A stretch of DNA of 62,385 bases from an uncultured Gammaproteobacteria bacterium (GCA_964482695.1 CAYZYP010000004.1:1-62385); one strand, 5' to 3'; numbered from the stretch's first letter, positions 1-10,501 are shown. Translations and numbers: made by a program. The notes: generated from the sequence alone by a model not told the origin.

Positions 1-98
1 TTAATTGATAATCCATACATTTCTGAGTGTGTCAGATGTATGGTACCAATACAAAGAATCGAACTTTTTGCAAAAAGGTGATATAATTAGGTTAAATT

Positions 99-1289
99 AT
101 GGACAAAGATACGCAGAAAAAATTAAAAAGAAACATAAAAATATACTACCTATATGAGATCATGGCGGGAATGTTTTTTTCTGTACCAATAATGGTTTTG
201 TTTTGGCAAGCAAATGGTTTAAGCCTAAAACAGATAATGATACTACAATCTCTTTTTTCCTTGGCAACGGTGGTTCTAGAGGTGCCCACAGGCTATTTTG
301 CTGATCTGTTTGGCAGAAAAAAGTCTTTAATACTAGCCGGTGTATTTTGGACACTAGGGATAATCATATATAGTTTGGGGTATGGTTTTTACCAGTTTTT
401 AATAGCAGAATTAGTGTTTGCAATAGGCAATTCTTTTAGATCCGGAGCTGATTCAGCTTTTGTTTACGACACTCTAGTTGATTTAAAAGAAGAGAAAAGA
501 TATAAAAAGATATGGGGCAATACTGTATTTATCAGAGTTATGTCCTTGGCTTTTTCAGCTATTATTGGAGGTCTAATAGCAAAAACAGATTTAAGGCTCA
601 CTTTATATGTATCTATTCCTTTTTTTGCTATACAAATACTGTTGGCGTTTTTAATGAAGGAGCCCAAACGACACAAAGTTATTTTTGAAAAAGGGTATTT
701 ATTACAATTGTTCAATATATTTAAGAAAGTTTTTGTAGATAATAAGAAATTAAAATGGTTAATTATTTATTCAGGCATAGTATATGGTTTTAATCAATCT
801 GCCCTCTGGCTTTATCAGCCGTATTTTAAACTCACAGGTTTAGATATTATGTATTTTGGTTTTGTGTTTGCCGGCTTTAACGCGGTGTCAGCTTTTACTT
901 CAAAATACGCCTATAAATTAGAAGAAAAAATAGGCCAAAAATATTCTTTGATCATGCTGGTTTTTTTAGTTGGTATTAGTTATTTATTAATGAGTAGTTT
1001 TGTATTTTTATTCAGTTTTTCATTTTGTTTTTTACAACAGTTTGTCAGAGGGTATTTAATTACAGTAGTTAATGAGTACGTGAATAAATTAGCTAATTCT
1101 AGTATAAGAGCAACCATATTATCAGTGCAAAATATGTTGGGCAGGCTTTTTTATGCCATGATAATACCGATAATAGGCTGGGTGGCTGATGTATATACCT
1201 TGACTCAGGCCATGACAATTTTAGGTATAACAGTGTTATTGTTAGGATTTCTTAGTTTATTAATGTTAAAAAAAGTAAAAATAATTTAG
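99..1289 (+). CDS. MFS-family membrane transporter
   Basis: 396-aa ORF, hydrophobic throughout (about 12 TM segments). 'GYFADLFGRKKS' between TM2 and TM3 resembles MFS motif A. Confidence 0.7.
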   Translation: MDKDTQKKLKRNIKIYYLYEIMAGMFFSVPIMVLFWQANGLSLKQIMILQSLFSLATVVLEVPTGYFADLFGRKKSLILAGVFWTLGIIIYSLGYGFYQFLIAELVFAIGNSFRSGADSAFVYDTLVDLKEEKRYKKIWGNTVFIRVMSLAFSAIIGGLIAKTDLRLTLYVSIPFFAIQILLAFLMKEPKRHKVIFEKGYLLQLFNIFKKVFVDNKKLKWLIIYSGIVYGFNQSALWLYQPYFKLTGLDIMYFGFVFAGFNAVSAFTSKYAYKLEEKIGQKYSLIMLVFLVGISYLLMSSFVFLFSFSFCFLQQFVRGYLITVVNEYVNKLANSSIRATILSVQNMLGRLFYAMIIPIIGWVADVYTLTQAMTILGITVLLLGFLSLLMLKKVKII

Positions 1290-1399
1290 ATTTATTCTGC
1301 CGTTTAAATTTAGTAAAAGAGTCCTTGTTTTGTTACTTAAAATTTGTTACACTCTTATTTAAGAGATTCAAAAAAATTTATAAATATAAATAATAAATT

Positions 1400-2272
1400 A
1401 TGGATAATTTTGATCGTCGTGGCGATCATGCGATGCAAGAAGGACTTATAAATAGAGCGTATGAATTAGCCAGAAAAAAATTAGAAGAGGGCAGAGTAAA
1501 AATAGCAGATTTTCGAAGTATATATGGAGAAAGCAAAATAGCACAGGATACTAGTTATGTTAGAGAAATGGAAGCCCGTTTTGCGGAAAAGGCACAAGAA
1601 GCGCCCCCGTATCAAATAGAAGCGCAAAAAATGGGTACTATTTTAGAAGCAATAATGGATGATCAAATAGAAATGAGTGATTGGCTTGGACCAGATGTTT
1701 ATACGCACCCAACCTCCAAATTAGATGATATAAAACACGGGGTAGATACTGTGTTAGAAATTGAACGCGAAGAAGGCGCCGCTTTTTTAGCTTTAGGAAT
1801 AGATGTAACTCATTCCGCTCAATTTGTACCGGAGAAATTAAAAAAAATTAAAAGCGAAATTAAACGAGGAGAAATGGCTACCGTAGAATATTTTGAAAGT
1901 GAAACGCAAAGTATAAAAGGTGTGATGGAAAATTTACCACGAGTTGTTGTCTGTGTAGACAAAGAAACATTATTAAAATTAGTTCGTGCTTGGACGGATA
2001 GAACAAAGAAAAAAGATATGGGAGAACATCCTGTGCAGTTGCAAATTATAGATGAAATAATAATGCAATTAGAAACATACCGTGACTATGCCAATAATCT
2101 AAAACACACTAAATTAGTACAAAAATACGAAAGACAAATAAAAATATTTCACGGCATAAGGGATCAGAAAAAATCTCTTTATAAAAAATTGAAGGTAGGA
2201 GAAAATTATAGAACCACTGACCAAGCTTATCAAAGTTTAGAAAGAAGCTTAGAAAATTTTTATAGTTTATAA
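1400..2272 (+). CDS. hypothetical soluble protein (no motif recognised)
   Basis: 290-aa uninterrupted ORF with normal composition that fills the gap between neighbouring genes. Confidence 0.5.
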   Translation: MDNFDRRGDHAMQEGLINRAYELARKKLEEGRVKIADFRSIYGESKIAQDTSYVREMEARFAEKAQEAPPYQIEAQKMGTILEAIMDDQIEMSDWLGPDVYTHPTSKLDDIKHGVDTVLEIEREEGAAFLALGIDVTHSAQFVPEKLKKIKSEIKRGEMATVEYFESETQSIKGVMENLPRVVVCVDKETLLKLVRAWTDRTKKKDMGEHPVQLQIIDEIIMQLETYRDYANNLKHTKLVQKYERQIKIFHGIRDQKKSLYKKLKVGENYRTTDQAYQSLERSLENFYSL

Positions 2273-2294
2273 TTAATAAATAAATATTTTATCT

Positions 2295-3215
2295 ATGGAC
2301 GCGCAAACTGGTTTAACAATTCTATTTGGCATAATTATCGTTGGCTTTTTAGCCGTTGATTTGGGTTATTTTAATAGAAAGAGCCATGTTGTTGGTTTTA
2401 AACCAGCGCTTTATCAATCTTTGTTTTGGATAGCGATTTCTTTAATTTTTGGTTTTTTAATTTTTTTGTATATAGGCAAAGAAATGGCCGTTGAATTTTT
2501 AAGCGCTTATGTTACCGAAAAAATGTTATCAGTAGACAACCTATTTGTCATCATGTTAATTTTTAGTTTTTTTAAATTAGAAGAAAAATATCATCACCGC
2601 GTTTTGTTTTGGGGTATTATGGGCGCTATAGTTTTCCGTGGTGTTTTTATTGGTGTTGGCGCGTATATTATTCATCAATTTTACTGGGTATTGTATATTT
2701 TTGGCGCAATACTACTTTATACCGGCGTTAAATTATTGCGAGATAAAAAAGAAGAACACGTTGATTTTAGACATAACAAAATATTTAAATTGGCTCACAA
2801 ATATTTGCCATTTACCGCCAACCACCATAATGGTAAATTTTATTGCCGCGAGAACGGGCGGTTTATGTTCACCTCGTTATTTTTGGTAATGCTTTTAATA
2901 GAAGGCACGGATATAGTTTTTGCCGTTGATTCTATTCCAGCCGTGTTTTCTATTTCACAAAGTTTGTTTGTTGTTTTTACTTCCAATATTTTCGCTATCA
3001 TGGGACTTCGCGCTTTATTTTTCTTAATAGAAAATATTTTACACCGCTTCCATCATTTACAAAAAGGTTTGGCCTTTATATTGCTGTTTATCGGTTTAAA
3101 AATGCTTTCGGGCATATTTGGCTTTCACATCTCTTCTTTTATCTCTTTTGGCATTATCATGTTTGCCTTATTTTCTTCAATTATTTTATCCGTCATCTTT
3201 CCTAAAAAAATTTAA
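2295..3215 (+). CDS. TerC-family integral membrane protein
   Basis: 306-aa multi-TM ORF. 'KMLSVDNLFVI' and 'EGTDIVFAVDSIPAVF' match the duplicated TerC signature. Confidence 0.75.
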   Translation: MDAQTGLTILFGIIIVGFLAVDLGYFNRKSHVVGFKPALYQSLFWIAISLIFGFLIFLYIGKEMAVEFLSAYVTEKMLSVDNLFVIMLIFSFFKLEEKYHHRVLFWGIMGAIVFRGVFIGVGAYIIHQFYWVLYIFGAILLYTGVKLLRDKKEEHVDFRHNKIFKLAHKYLPFTANHHNGKFYCRENGRFMFTSLFLVMLLIEGTDIVFAVDSIPAVFSISQSLFVVFTSNIFAIMGLRALFFLIENILHRFHHLQKGLAFILLFIGLKMLSGIFGFHISSFISFGIIMFALFSSIILSVIFPKKI

Positions 3216-3250
3216 TTAGAGGCGCAAAATTTTGCGTTTGTATAAAAAAT

Positions 3251-4660
3251 ATGGAAAAAAATTTAAAAAAATTTCCACCAGTGCTCGGTATTAAAAAAAT
3301 TATTGGTCCGAGTTTTGTTATTTTAGCGCTTGGGCTTGGATCGGGCGAAGTAATATTATGGCCGTATTTGGCCTCTAATTATGGTTTGGGTATTGCTTGG
3401 GGAGCAATTTTGGGGATTACGTTTCAATTTTTCATTAACATGGAAATAGAGCGTTATGCCCTGGTAAAAGGCGAGAGCGTTTTTGTTGGTATTGCCAAAA
3501 TTTTCAGTTGGTCTGTTCATTGGTTTATTTTTTCTACTTTTGTTGGCTTTGGTTTGCCGGGTATTATTGCCGCGTCAGCCAAGGTTTTAGCTTCTGTTTT
3601 AGGATTGGCTAATTTTAAATGGCTGGCAATAGCGATGTTAATCATAATCGGAATTATTTTAAGCGCTGGCAAAACAGTTTATGGTTTAATGGAAAGATTA
3701 ACCAAAACCATTATTATTATTGCCGTACCTTTTATTTTTTTATTAGCTATATTTTTAAGTTCAAAAACTGATTGGCAATCTTTGGCAAGCGGTTTAGTTG
3801 GCCGCGGCGAAGGGTTTTGGTTTTTGCCAGTTGGTATTGCTCTGGCGACTTTTTTAGCCGCTTTCGCTTATTCTGGCGCTGGTGGTAATTTAAATTTAAC
3901 CCAATCAATATATATCAAAGAAAAGGGTTACGGTATGGGTAAATACGCGCAGAAAATTAGCGGTTTTTTTCGTGGTAAAAAAGAGGACAAAATACAGCTA
4001 GCTGGTGAAGATTTTGAGGTTAATGAAAGTAATGTCAATAATTTTAAATCATGGTGGAAAATTATCAATATTGAACATCTATTTGTTTTTTGGTTTATCG
4101 GCAGTTTATCCATGTTGTTACTCATGCTTTTGTCTTATGCCACCACTTTTGGTTTGGGTGATAACGCCGAGGGTATTAATTTTGTTATTAATGAAGGTCG
4201 TATGATTGGCCAAAATTTATATCCTATTTTTGGCGTTTTATTTTTACTAGCCGTATCTATTATGCTTTTCCAAACCCAATTAGGCATTATGGATTCAACC
4301 AGTCGTATTATGGCCGAGAATGCGGCCATTGCCAAATTGAAAAGAAATTCTCTCGGTAAAATTAATTTATCAAGAATTTATTTTATTTTTGTTTGGGCGC
4401 AAATCACTTTCGGCATAATTTTATTTTTATTAAATATTTACGAACCAAAAACCTTAATTATTTTAGGAGCGGTTATCAACGCTTTTGCCATGTTTGTGCA
4501 TACTGCCTTGGTGGCTTGGCTCAACCACCGTAGTTTGCCAAAAGTATTTCAGCCCAGTTGGTTTAGAAAAATTGTCATTGCCATTATTTTTATCTTTTTT
4601 GGCTTTTTCAGCGTTGTAGTTTTGTTGGATAAAGTAGGCGTTTTGAATGTTAATATTTAG
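3251..4660 (+). CDS. Nramp/APC-superfamily-like membrane transporter
   Basis: 469-aa ORF with about 11-12 TM segments. The N-terminal 'GLGSGEVILWPY...FQFFINMEIERYAL' resembles Nramp-related transporters, but the canonical DPGN motif is not present. Confidence 0.5.
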   Translation: MEKNLKKFPPVLGIKKIIGPSFVILALGLGSGEVILWPYLASNYGLGIAWGAILGITFQFFINMEIERYALVKGESVFVGIAKIFSWSVHWFIFSTFVGFGLPGIIAASAKVLASVLGLANFKWLAIAMLIIIGIILSAGKTVYGLMERLTKTIIIIAVPFIFLLAIFLSSKTDWQSLASGLVGRGEGFWFLPVGIALATFLAAFAYSGAGGNLNLTQSIYIKEKGYGMGKYAQKISGFFRGKKEDKIQLAGEDFEVNESNVNNFKSWWKIINIEHLFVFWFIGSLSMLLLMLLSYATTFGLGDNAEGINFVINEGRMIGQNLYPIFGVLFLLAVSIMLFQTQLGIMDSTSRIMAENAAIAKLKRNSLGKINLSRIYFIFVWAQITFGIILFLLNIYEPKTLIILGAVINAFAMFVHTALVAWLNHRSLPKVFQPSWFRKIVIAIIFIFFGFFSVVVLLDKVGVLNVNI

Positions 4661-4712
4661 TGAAAAGCATAGTAAATTAGTGTTATTTCGCGTCTCTATC
4701 TTTGAACTATGA

Positions 4713-4741
4713 TTGACAAACTAGTGATTTTGTGCTATACT
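4713..4741 (+). promoter_or_regulatory. sigma70-type promoter of the helicase gene
   Basis: TTGACA (4713-4718), 17-nt spacer ending in TGC, then TATACT (4736-4741). Confidence 0.6.
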
Positions 4742-4809
4742 AAGCTGTTCTAATTAATTTTGGCTGTATAAAGTAGCCAACGACTCGAATCTTTTGTGTC
4801 ATTTTGCGT

Positions 4810-4844
4810 ATGTGGCCCAGTAGAAAATCGGGTCACATTTTTTT
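4810..4844 (+). promoter_or_regulatory. terminator-like hairpin inside the helicase 5' UTR
   Basis: ATGTGGCCC / GGGTCACAT forms a 9-bp stem (one G-U pair). It is followed by T7 and ends 12 nt before the ATG at 4857. Confidence 0.45.
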
Positions 4845-4856
4845 AAATATTTAAAT

Positions 4857-6083
4857 ATGACACAAAAAAAACAGAGCGCGCCTGATTTTAACGAATTAGG
4901 CATCGCTCCAGAATTGTTAGAAGTCTTAAATTTCTTACAATTTACGTCTCCAACTCCAATACAACACCAATGTATCCCAACAGCTTTAGAAGGGAAAGAT
5001 ATTGTTGGCATCGCGCAAACAGGCACTGGCAAAACTCTGGCTTTTGGCGTCCCGATGATTCAATTACTTGGCCAAAACAGTGGACAAGGTTTGATACTGT
5101 TGCCTACTCGCGAGCTGGCTTTGCAAGTAAATGAAGTATTACAGAGTGTTGGTAGAAAATTTGGTCTGCGTACAGTAGTCGTAATTGGCGGCGCTTCTTC
5201 TTATCAACAGATTCAAGCTATACGCCGCAATCCACATATTATTGTTTCTACACCCGGTCGTTTAATAGATCATTTAAAACAAAAAAATCTTTCTTTAGAA
5301 AGAGTAAAAATGGTTGTTTTAGACGAAGCTGACAGAATGCTTGATATTGGTTTTATGCCAGCCATAAAACAAATTTTGGCCGTCGCGCCGCGTGAACGAC
5401 AGACACTAATGTTTTCGGCGACCATGCCAAAAGCAATTGCCGAAATTGCCGCTCGTTACATGAAAATGCCTTTGCGCATAGAAGTCGCGCCATCTGGCAC
5501 GGCCGCCAAAAATGTAGAGCAAGAATTGTTTATTATTTCAAAGGAAGCAAAGATCCAATTATTAGATAAAATTTTAACCGACAATTCTGGCACGGTTCTT
5601 GTTTTTTCGCGCACCAAATTTGGCGCCAAAAAAATCACCGCTAACGTGCGCGCTATGGGGCACACAGCCGCGGATATTCATTCTAACAAGTCTCTAGCGC
5701 AAAGAAAAGCGGCTCTAGAAGGATTTAAGTCCGGTAGATTTCGCGTACTTGTCGCGACTGATATTGCTTCTCGCGGTATTGATGTCAGTAATATTTCGTT
5801 GGTTATAAACTACGATTTGCCGGATAATTTAGAAGACTATGTGCATCGCATTGGCCGCACTGGCAGAGCCGATAAATTTGGCAAGGCAATATCTTTTGCC
5901 ACTCCCCAAGAGCGTGGCGATGTCAGGCAAATAGAGCGTTTAATTAAAAAAACTATTCCTATAATTTCTTTGCCAATTTTGCCTCCACGTCGCGTGGCTA
6001 GCATAGTTGTTCGTGGCAGTGGACAAGATAGGGGAGGCAGACCGCCTTTCCGCGGTCCGCGTAGAAATTTTCGAAGACGATAA
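4857..6083 (+). CDS. DEAD-box ATP-dependent RNA helicase with an Arg/Gly-rich C-terminal tail
   Basis: Motifs seen: Q motif region, AQTGTGKT (I), PTRELA (Ia), VLDEADRM (II), SAT (III), HRIGRTGR (VI), and the tail 'RGGRPPFRGPRRNFRRR'. Confidence 0.92.
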   Translation: MTQKKQSAPDFNELGIAPELLEVLNFLQFTSPTPIQHQCIPTALEGKDIVGIAQTGTGKTLAFGVPMIQLLGQNSGQGLILLPTRELALQVNEVLQSVGRKFGLRTVVVIGGASSYQQIQAIRRNPHIIVSTPGRLIDHLKQKNLSLERVKMVVLDEADRMLDIGFMPAIKQILAVAPRERQTLMFSATMPKAIAEIAARYMKMPLRIEVAPSGTAAKNVEQELFIISKEAKIQLLDKILTDNSGTVLVFSRTKFGAKKITANVRAMGHTAADIHSNKSLAQRKAALEGFKSGRFRVLVATDIASRGIDVSNISLVINYDLPDNLEDYVHRIGRTGRADKFGKAISFATPQERGDVRQIERLIKKTIPIISLPILPPRRVASIVVRGSGQDRGGRPPFRGPRRNFRRR

Positions 6084-6086
6084 AGA

Positions 6087-6461
6087 TTAAATCATTTTCT
6101 TAATAGTATCAATTACTTCTTGAAATCTAATGTTGCTTTTTACAAAGTATTTATTCGCTCCTTTTTTTATCGCTTCATCTATATCTGTTTCTTGACCCAA
6201 GTTAGACAAAACTATGATTGGTGTTTTTTTGTTACCTTCAATGGAACGGAGATCTTTAATTAGCGAAAAACCATCGCCATCCTGTAACATTAGATCAATA
6301 ATAAATAAATCAGGCTTTTTGTCTTTGGTTAATCTAATGACATCATTAGCATTGGGAGTGGCAATTATTTCGTAGCCCTCTTTGTTTAAAAGATTGGAAT
6401 AAAGTTTGAGCGAAAATTGATCGTCTTCAATAATGAGGATCTTTTTTTTGTTGGCGTTCAT
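6087..6461 (-). CDS. single-domain response regulator (CheY-like receiver)
   Basis: 124 aa. Has the 'ILIIEDD' acidic pocket, 'DLFIIDLMLQDGDG' phospho-acceptor Asp region and a conserved Lys region 'ANKYFVK'. There is no output domain. Confidence 0.85.
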   Translation of the reverse strand: MNANKKKILIIEDDQFSLKLYSNLLNKEGYEIIATPNANDVIRLTKDKKPDLFIIDLMLQDGDGFSLIKDLRSIEGNKKTPIIVLSNLGQETDIDEAIKKGANKYFVKSNIRFQEVIDTIKKMI

Positions 6462-7555
6462 ATTTTTGTTGATTTAAATTTAATAAAAAAAGTAGTTTTT
6501 TTGCCTGGTATGCTGTCAAACCAAATTTTGCCCCTATTTAATTCAACTAATTCGCGAGTGATATACATGCCCAAGCCAGTGCCATCGCCAATTTTATTTA
6601 CAGCGTTTTTGGCCCGGAAAAATTTTGCGAAAATAAAAGATTGCTGATCTGGCGGAATACCAATGCCAGTATCAGTACAAGAAAATAATAAATGGCTATT
6701 TTTTTGCTCAACTTGTATAGTAATGATTGTTTTTGGAAAGGAATACCGGATAGCGTTTTCAATAACGTTTTGAATAATTGAACGCAGGTGGTTTTCGTCT
6801 ATTTTAATATAAAGTTGTTTAGGACCAGTGATAGTTTTAATTTTTACGTTTTGTGCTTTAGCGTAAAATTTTGAATCGTCAATAACTTTTTTTATAATTT
6901 GTTTAAAGGATACTTTTTTAGTTAATGGCTTTATTTTTTTATTCTGCAGGCGGGAGACATTTAACAGGTCATTTACTAATCTGTTCATGTTTTTGAGTGT
7001 TTGATAAACATCGCTAAGGTAATCTTTTTGTTCGTTGTTCAATTTGCCTGATTTTTCGGTTAAAATATATTCCGTCGCCCATGAAGCATTGCCAAGAGGT
7101 GTTCTCAAGTTGTGGCTGGCGATGTGGGCAAAGTCAGTATGGTATTCTTCTTGCTTTTTTTCTTCTGTAATATCGCGGATAACGATGATGGCGCCTAAAG
7201 TGGCACCGTTTTCTTTTATAATAGGCGTGGTGGTTATAGAAGCCCAAAAACGCGAGCCGTCTTTTTTGATAAATTGTCGCACGGCATTGTTAATTTTTTT
7301 TCCTTGATTAATTGATTTAAACAAAGCCGCGTTGTGGCTATTTATTGGGTTACCCTTCTCATCAATCGCTTTTAGCAGTGCTAGAGTCAGTTGGCCGGCT
7401 ATTGTTTTTTTGTCGCAATAATCAAGCATTTCGCAAATAGCGTTATTGGCATTAATAATAACGCCATTATTATCGACAACGAGAATGCCGTCACCAATTG
7501 AATCCATGAAAAATTGCATATCACTGGCGACTTTTTTATTCCAAAAATTTAACAT
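6458..7555 (-). CDS. cytoplasmic PAS-domain sensor histidine kinase
   Basis: PAS-like N-terminus. H-box 'FAHIASHNLRTPL', N-box 'QNVIENAIRYS', G-boxes 'DTGIGI' and 'GTGLGM'. It overlaps the receiver gene by 4 nt and has no TM segment. Confidence 0.85.
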   Translation of the reverse strand: MLNFWNKKVASDMQFFMDSIGDGILVVDNNGVIINANNAICEMLDYCDKKTIAGQLTLALLKAIDEKGNPINSHNAALFKSINQGKKINNAVRQFIKKDGSRFWASITTTPIIKENGATLGAIIVIRDITEEKKQEEYHTDFAHIASHNLRTPLGNASWATEYILTEKSGKLNNEQKDYLSDVYQTLKNMNRLVNDLLNVSRLQNKKIKPLTKKVSFKQIIKKVIDDSKFYAKAQNVKIKTITGPKQLYIKIDENHLRSIIQNVIENAIRYSFPKTIITIQVEQKNSHLLFSCTDTGIGIPPDQQSFIFAKFFRAKNAVNKIGDGTGLGMYITRELVELNRGKIWFDSIPGKKTTFFIKFKSTKI

Positions 7556-7687
7556 ATAAATAGTAATTTTTATTTGCCTATATTATATCATATTTATAAA
7601 TTAAGTTAAAGCCAAGATAATATCAATAATGTTCATTTTTCTGATAAAATATGGTATAATATTAACATTGTATTAAAATACGCAAGT

Positions 7688-9379
7688 ATGCAAATTAATA
7701 ATGAAAAATTTAAGCGACTTTTAGTGGATTCTGGCTATGTGGCTGAAGCGAATTTTGACGCGGTTAGTAAAGAGGCTGAAAAAAGCGGTAAAACAATAGA
7801 AGAAATTCTACTGGCTGACGATTTAATTAAAGATGAGCAGTTGGGCCAACTTATAGCCGAAGAGCAGGGTTTTAATTTTGTTAATTTAAAAAAAGAAAAA
7901 ATAAACGAAGAGGTGCTTAATTTGGTGCCAGAACTCATGGCGCGCTCTAAAGGGGTTGTCGCTTTTAGTCGCGATAAACAAGGTTTTAAGGTGGGGATGA
8001 CTAACCCAAACGATTTAGAAGTTAAGCATTTGTTAGAAAAACGTTTAGGTGACAAAATTCAACCTTTTTATATTACTGACAAAGATTTTAATGACGCTTT
8101 TTTCCAATACAAAGCCAGTTTAAAAGATGAGTTTGCCAACGTCCTTAAACAAATGGACGAAGCGTCTCTGTCCCGCCAACAACGAGATGCTCTAACTGTT
8201 AAATTAGTTGATATTTTATTAGAATATGGTTATCAAAATAAAGCTTCTGATATTCACGTGGAGCCATACCCGGCAAAAGTAGTTGTGCGTTTTCGTATTG
8301 ATGGTGTAATGCATGATGTTTTGGAAATTAAAAAAGAATTAGCCGAATTTATAGTTACTCGTATTAAAATTTTATCCAAGATGCGTACCGATGAACACCA
8401 AGCGGCGCAAGACGGTAAAATTCGCTATGTTGGAACAGAAGAAAAAATAGATATTCGTGTTTCAGTATTACCGGTAACTTATGGCGAAAATGTAGTTATG
8501 CGATTATTATCAGCCAAAAGTCGTCAGTTTAATTTGTTAGATTTGGGTTTGGGAGAAGACGACCTAAAAAAAGTTAAACGAGCTATTAAAAATCCGCATG
8601 GAATGATTTTGGCAACCGGTCCAACTGGTAGCGGTAAAACTACTACCTTGTATGCCTTAATAAAGATTTTAAATAAACGAGATGTTCATATTTCAACCAT
8701 TGAGGATCCGGTTGAGTATGATATTGACGGCGTTAGTCAAATTCAGGTTAATCCTAAAACAAATCTAACTTTCGCGCAGGGTTTGCGTTCCATTGTGCGC
8801 CAAGATCCGGACATTATAATGGTTGGCGAAATTCGCGACGAAGAAACCGCCGGTATAGCGGTAAATTCCGCTCTAACAGGACATTTAGTATTATCTACTA
8901 TCCACACTAATGACGCGGCTACTACTTTGCCGCGTTTAATAGATATGAAAGTAGAACCATTTTTAGTCGCTTCTACTATCAAGTTGATTATCGCTCAAAG
9001 ATTAATTCGTAAAATTTGTGAAAAATGTCGTGTGTCGTACAAGATAAACGACGAAATTAAAATGATTTTGGAGAGCGAACCAGTTGTTAAAGAAATATTA
9101 CAAAGCAAGGGCTACAAGAATTTAGAAAAATTACGTTTATACAAAGGTAAAGGTTGTAAGGTATGCGACAATACTGGTTATATCGGGCGAATAGGTATTT
9201 TTGAAATTATGGAAATGACCGATGAAATTAGAAAAATGATTTTGCAAAGATCTTCAAGCGATGAAATAACCGAGCAGGCCTACAAAGATGGTATGCGTTC
9301 AATGATGGAAGATGGTCTTGAAAAAGTTTTAGAAGGACAGACTACTTTGGAAGAAGTGATTAGAGTGGCGAGGAGATAA
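7688..9379 (+). CDS. pilB: type IV pilus assembly ATPase (GspE/PilB family)
   Basis: 563 aa. Walker A 'GPTGSGKTTT', Asp box, Walker B 'IMVGEIRD', His box 'TGHLVLSTIHTN', and the tetracysteine motif CEKC...CKVC. Confidence 0.9.
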   Translation: MQINNEKFKRLLVDSGYVAEANFDAVSKEAEKSGKTIEEILLADDLIKDEQLGQLIAEEQGFNFVNLKKEKINEEVLNLVPELMARSKGVVAFSRDKQGFKVGMTNPNDLEVKHLLEKRLGDKIQPFYITDKDFNDAFFQYKASLKDEFANVLKQMDEASLSRQQRDALTVKLVDILLEYGYQNKASDIHVEPYPAKVVVRFRIDGVMHDVLEIKKELAEFIVTRIKILSKMRTDEHQAAQDGKIRYVGTEEKIDIRVSVLPVTYGENVVMRLLSAKSRQFNLLDLGLGEDDLKKVKRAIKNPHGMILATGPTGSGKTTTLYALIKILNKRDVHISTIEDPVEYDIDGVSQIQVNPKTNLTFAQGLRSIVRQDPDIIMVGEIRDEETAGIAVNSALTGHLVLSTIHTNDAATTLPRLIDMKVEPFLVASTIKLIIAQRLIRKICEKCRVSYKINDEIKMILESEPVVKEILQSKGYKNLEKLRLYKGKGCKVCDNTGYIGRIGIFEIMEMTDEIRKMILQRSSSDEITEQAYKDGMRSMMEDGLEKVLEGQTTLEEVIRVARR

Positions 9380-9409
9380 AATAATTTTTTATATTAAGAT
9401 ATATTAATT

Positions 9410-10483
9410 ATGAAAAAAAATTTTAATATTGAGATTAGTTTTGGTGGCACTGGATTGGTGCCCAAGGCGTTATTTGCCAAACATTTGGCGATTATGTTGA
9501 AATCTGGTTTGCCAATAACCGATGCTTTACAAGTGGCCGCCAGTTCATCTAAAGGCCGGTTCAAGAAAATTTTATTTAATGTTTTGTCTTCTGTCTCGGC
9601 TGGGCATACTTTATCCGCTTCTCTGGCAATGTATCCGAAAGTTTTTTCAGAATCTTTTATCAGCGCCACGCAAGCTGGTGAGTCAGCCGGAACTCTAGAA
9701 GAAAATTTAGCTCATCAGGCTATTCAATTGGAAAAAGAAAAAGAGCTGGTAAATAAAATACGCGGCGCCATGTTTTACCCTTTAGTAGTTTTGGCAGCTG
9801 CTTTTGTTTTGGGGTTGGGCATGGCTTTTTTGGTTTTGCCCAAAATCACTCCTTTGTTTGAAGGTTTAAAAATGAATTTACCAGCTACCACTCGTGCTTT
9901 AATCTGGTTTTCTCATTTTGTTCAAAAACACGGAGCTATTTTGTTTTTAGGTATTATAGTTGCAGTTGTTTTTTTTGCTTGGTTAGTGAAACAAAAATTT
10001 TCTCGGCCAGTGACCCATTTGTTTTTATTAAAAGCGCCGTTTATTGGCAGAATTTCGCGTAATGCCAACTTGGCGCGTTTTGCTCGTACTTTGGGTATGA
10101 TGTTAAAAAGCGGTCTAAATATTGATGAAGCACTTGATATTACCCAGAAAACCGTTGGCAATTATTTTTATCAGAAATTTTTAAACAAGGTTAGTTTGAG
10201 TATTAGTAAAGGCTCTAGATTGTCGGATAATTTACAGTTAGAGACTAATTTATTTCCTAACATGGCGGTTAGTATGATTAGAGTGGGCGAGGAGTCTGGT
10301 AATTTAGAAGAAACTTTGTTGTATTTAGCGGATTTTTACGACGCGGAAGTAGACACTGCTACCAAATCGCTCTCAACAATTATTGAGCCGTTATTGTTAA
10401 TTGTTATTGGTTCGGTTGTAGGCTTTTTGGCCTTGTCTATTATTACGCCAATTTATAATATTACCGGTGGGATGAAACGGTAA
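9410..10483 (+). CDS. pilC: type IV pilus platform protein (GspF/PilC family)
   Basis: 357 aa with two repeats of the T2SF domain ('MLKSGLPITDAL', 'MLKSGLNIDEAL') and 3 TM segments. Confidence 0.85.
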   Translation: MKKNFNIEISFGGTGLVPKALFAKHLAIMLKSGLPITDALQVAASSSKGRFKKILFNVLSSVSAGHTLSASLAMYPKVFSESFISATQAGESAGTLEENLAHQAIQLEKEKELVNKIRGAMFYPLVVLAAAFVLGLGMAFLVLPKITPLFEGLKMNLPATTRALIWFSHFVQKHGAILFLGIIVAVVFFAWLVKQKFSRPVTHLFLLKAPFIGRISRNANLARFARTLGMMLKSGLNIDEALDITQKTVGNYFYQKFLNKVSLSISKGSRLSDNLQLETNLFPNMAVSMIRVGEESGNLEETLLYLADFYDAEVDTATKSLSTIIEPLLLIVIGSVVGFLALSIITPIYNITGGMKR

Positions 10484-10501
10484 AATTTAAAAGTATTATT
10501 T

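Noticed and set aside
2273-2294. A yybP-ykoY (Mn2+) riboswitch upstream of the TerC-family gene.
   Set aside because: There are only 22 nt between the preceding stop and the TerC start, which leaves no room for the ~100-nt aptamer.
3223-3236. The perfect 14-nt palindrome CGCAAAATTTTGCG between the TerC and Nramp-like genes, as a metal-regulator operator.
   Set aside because: It is equally well explained as a weak 5-bp terminator hairpin after the TerC gene. It does not resemble the Fur/MntR boxes I know. The evidence is too thin to report as a finding.
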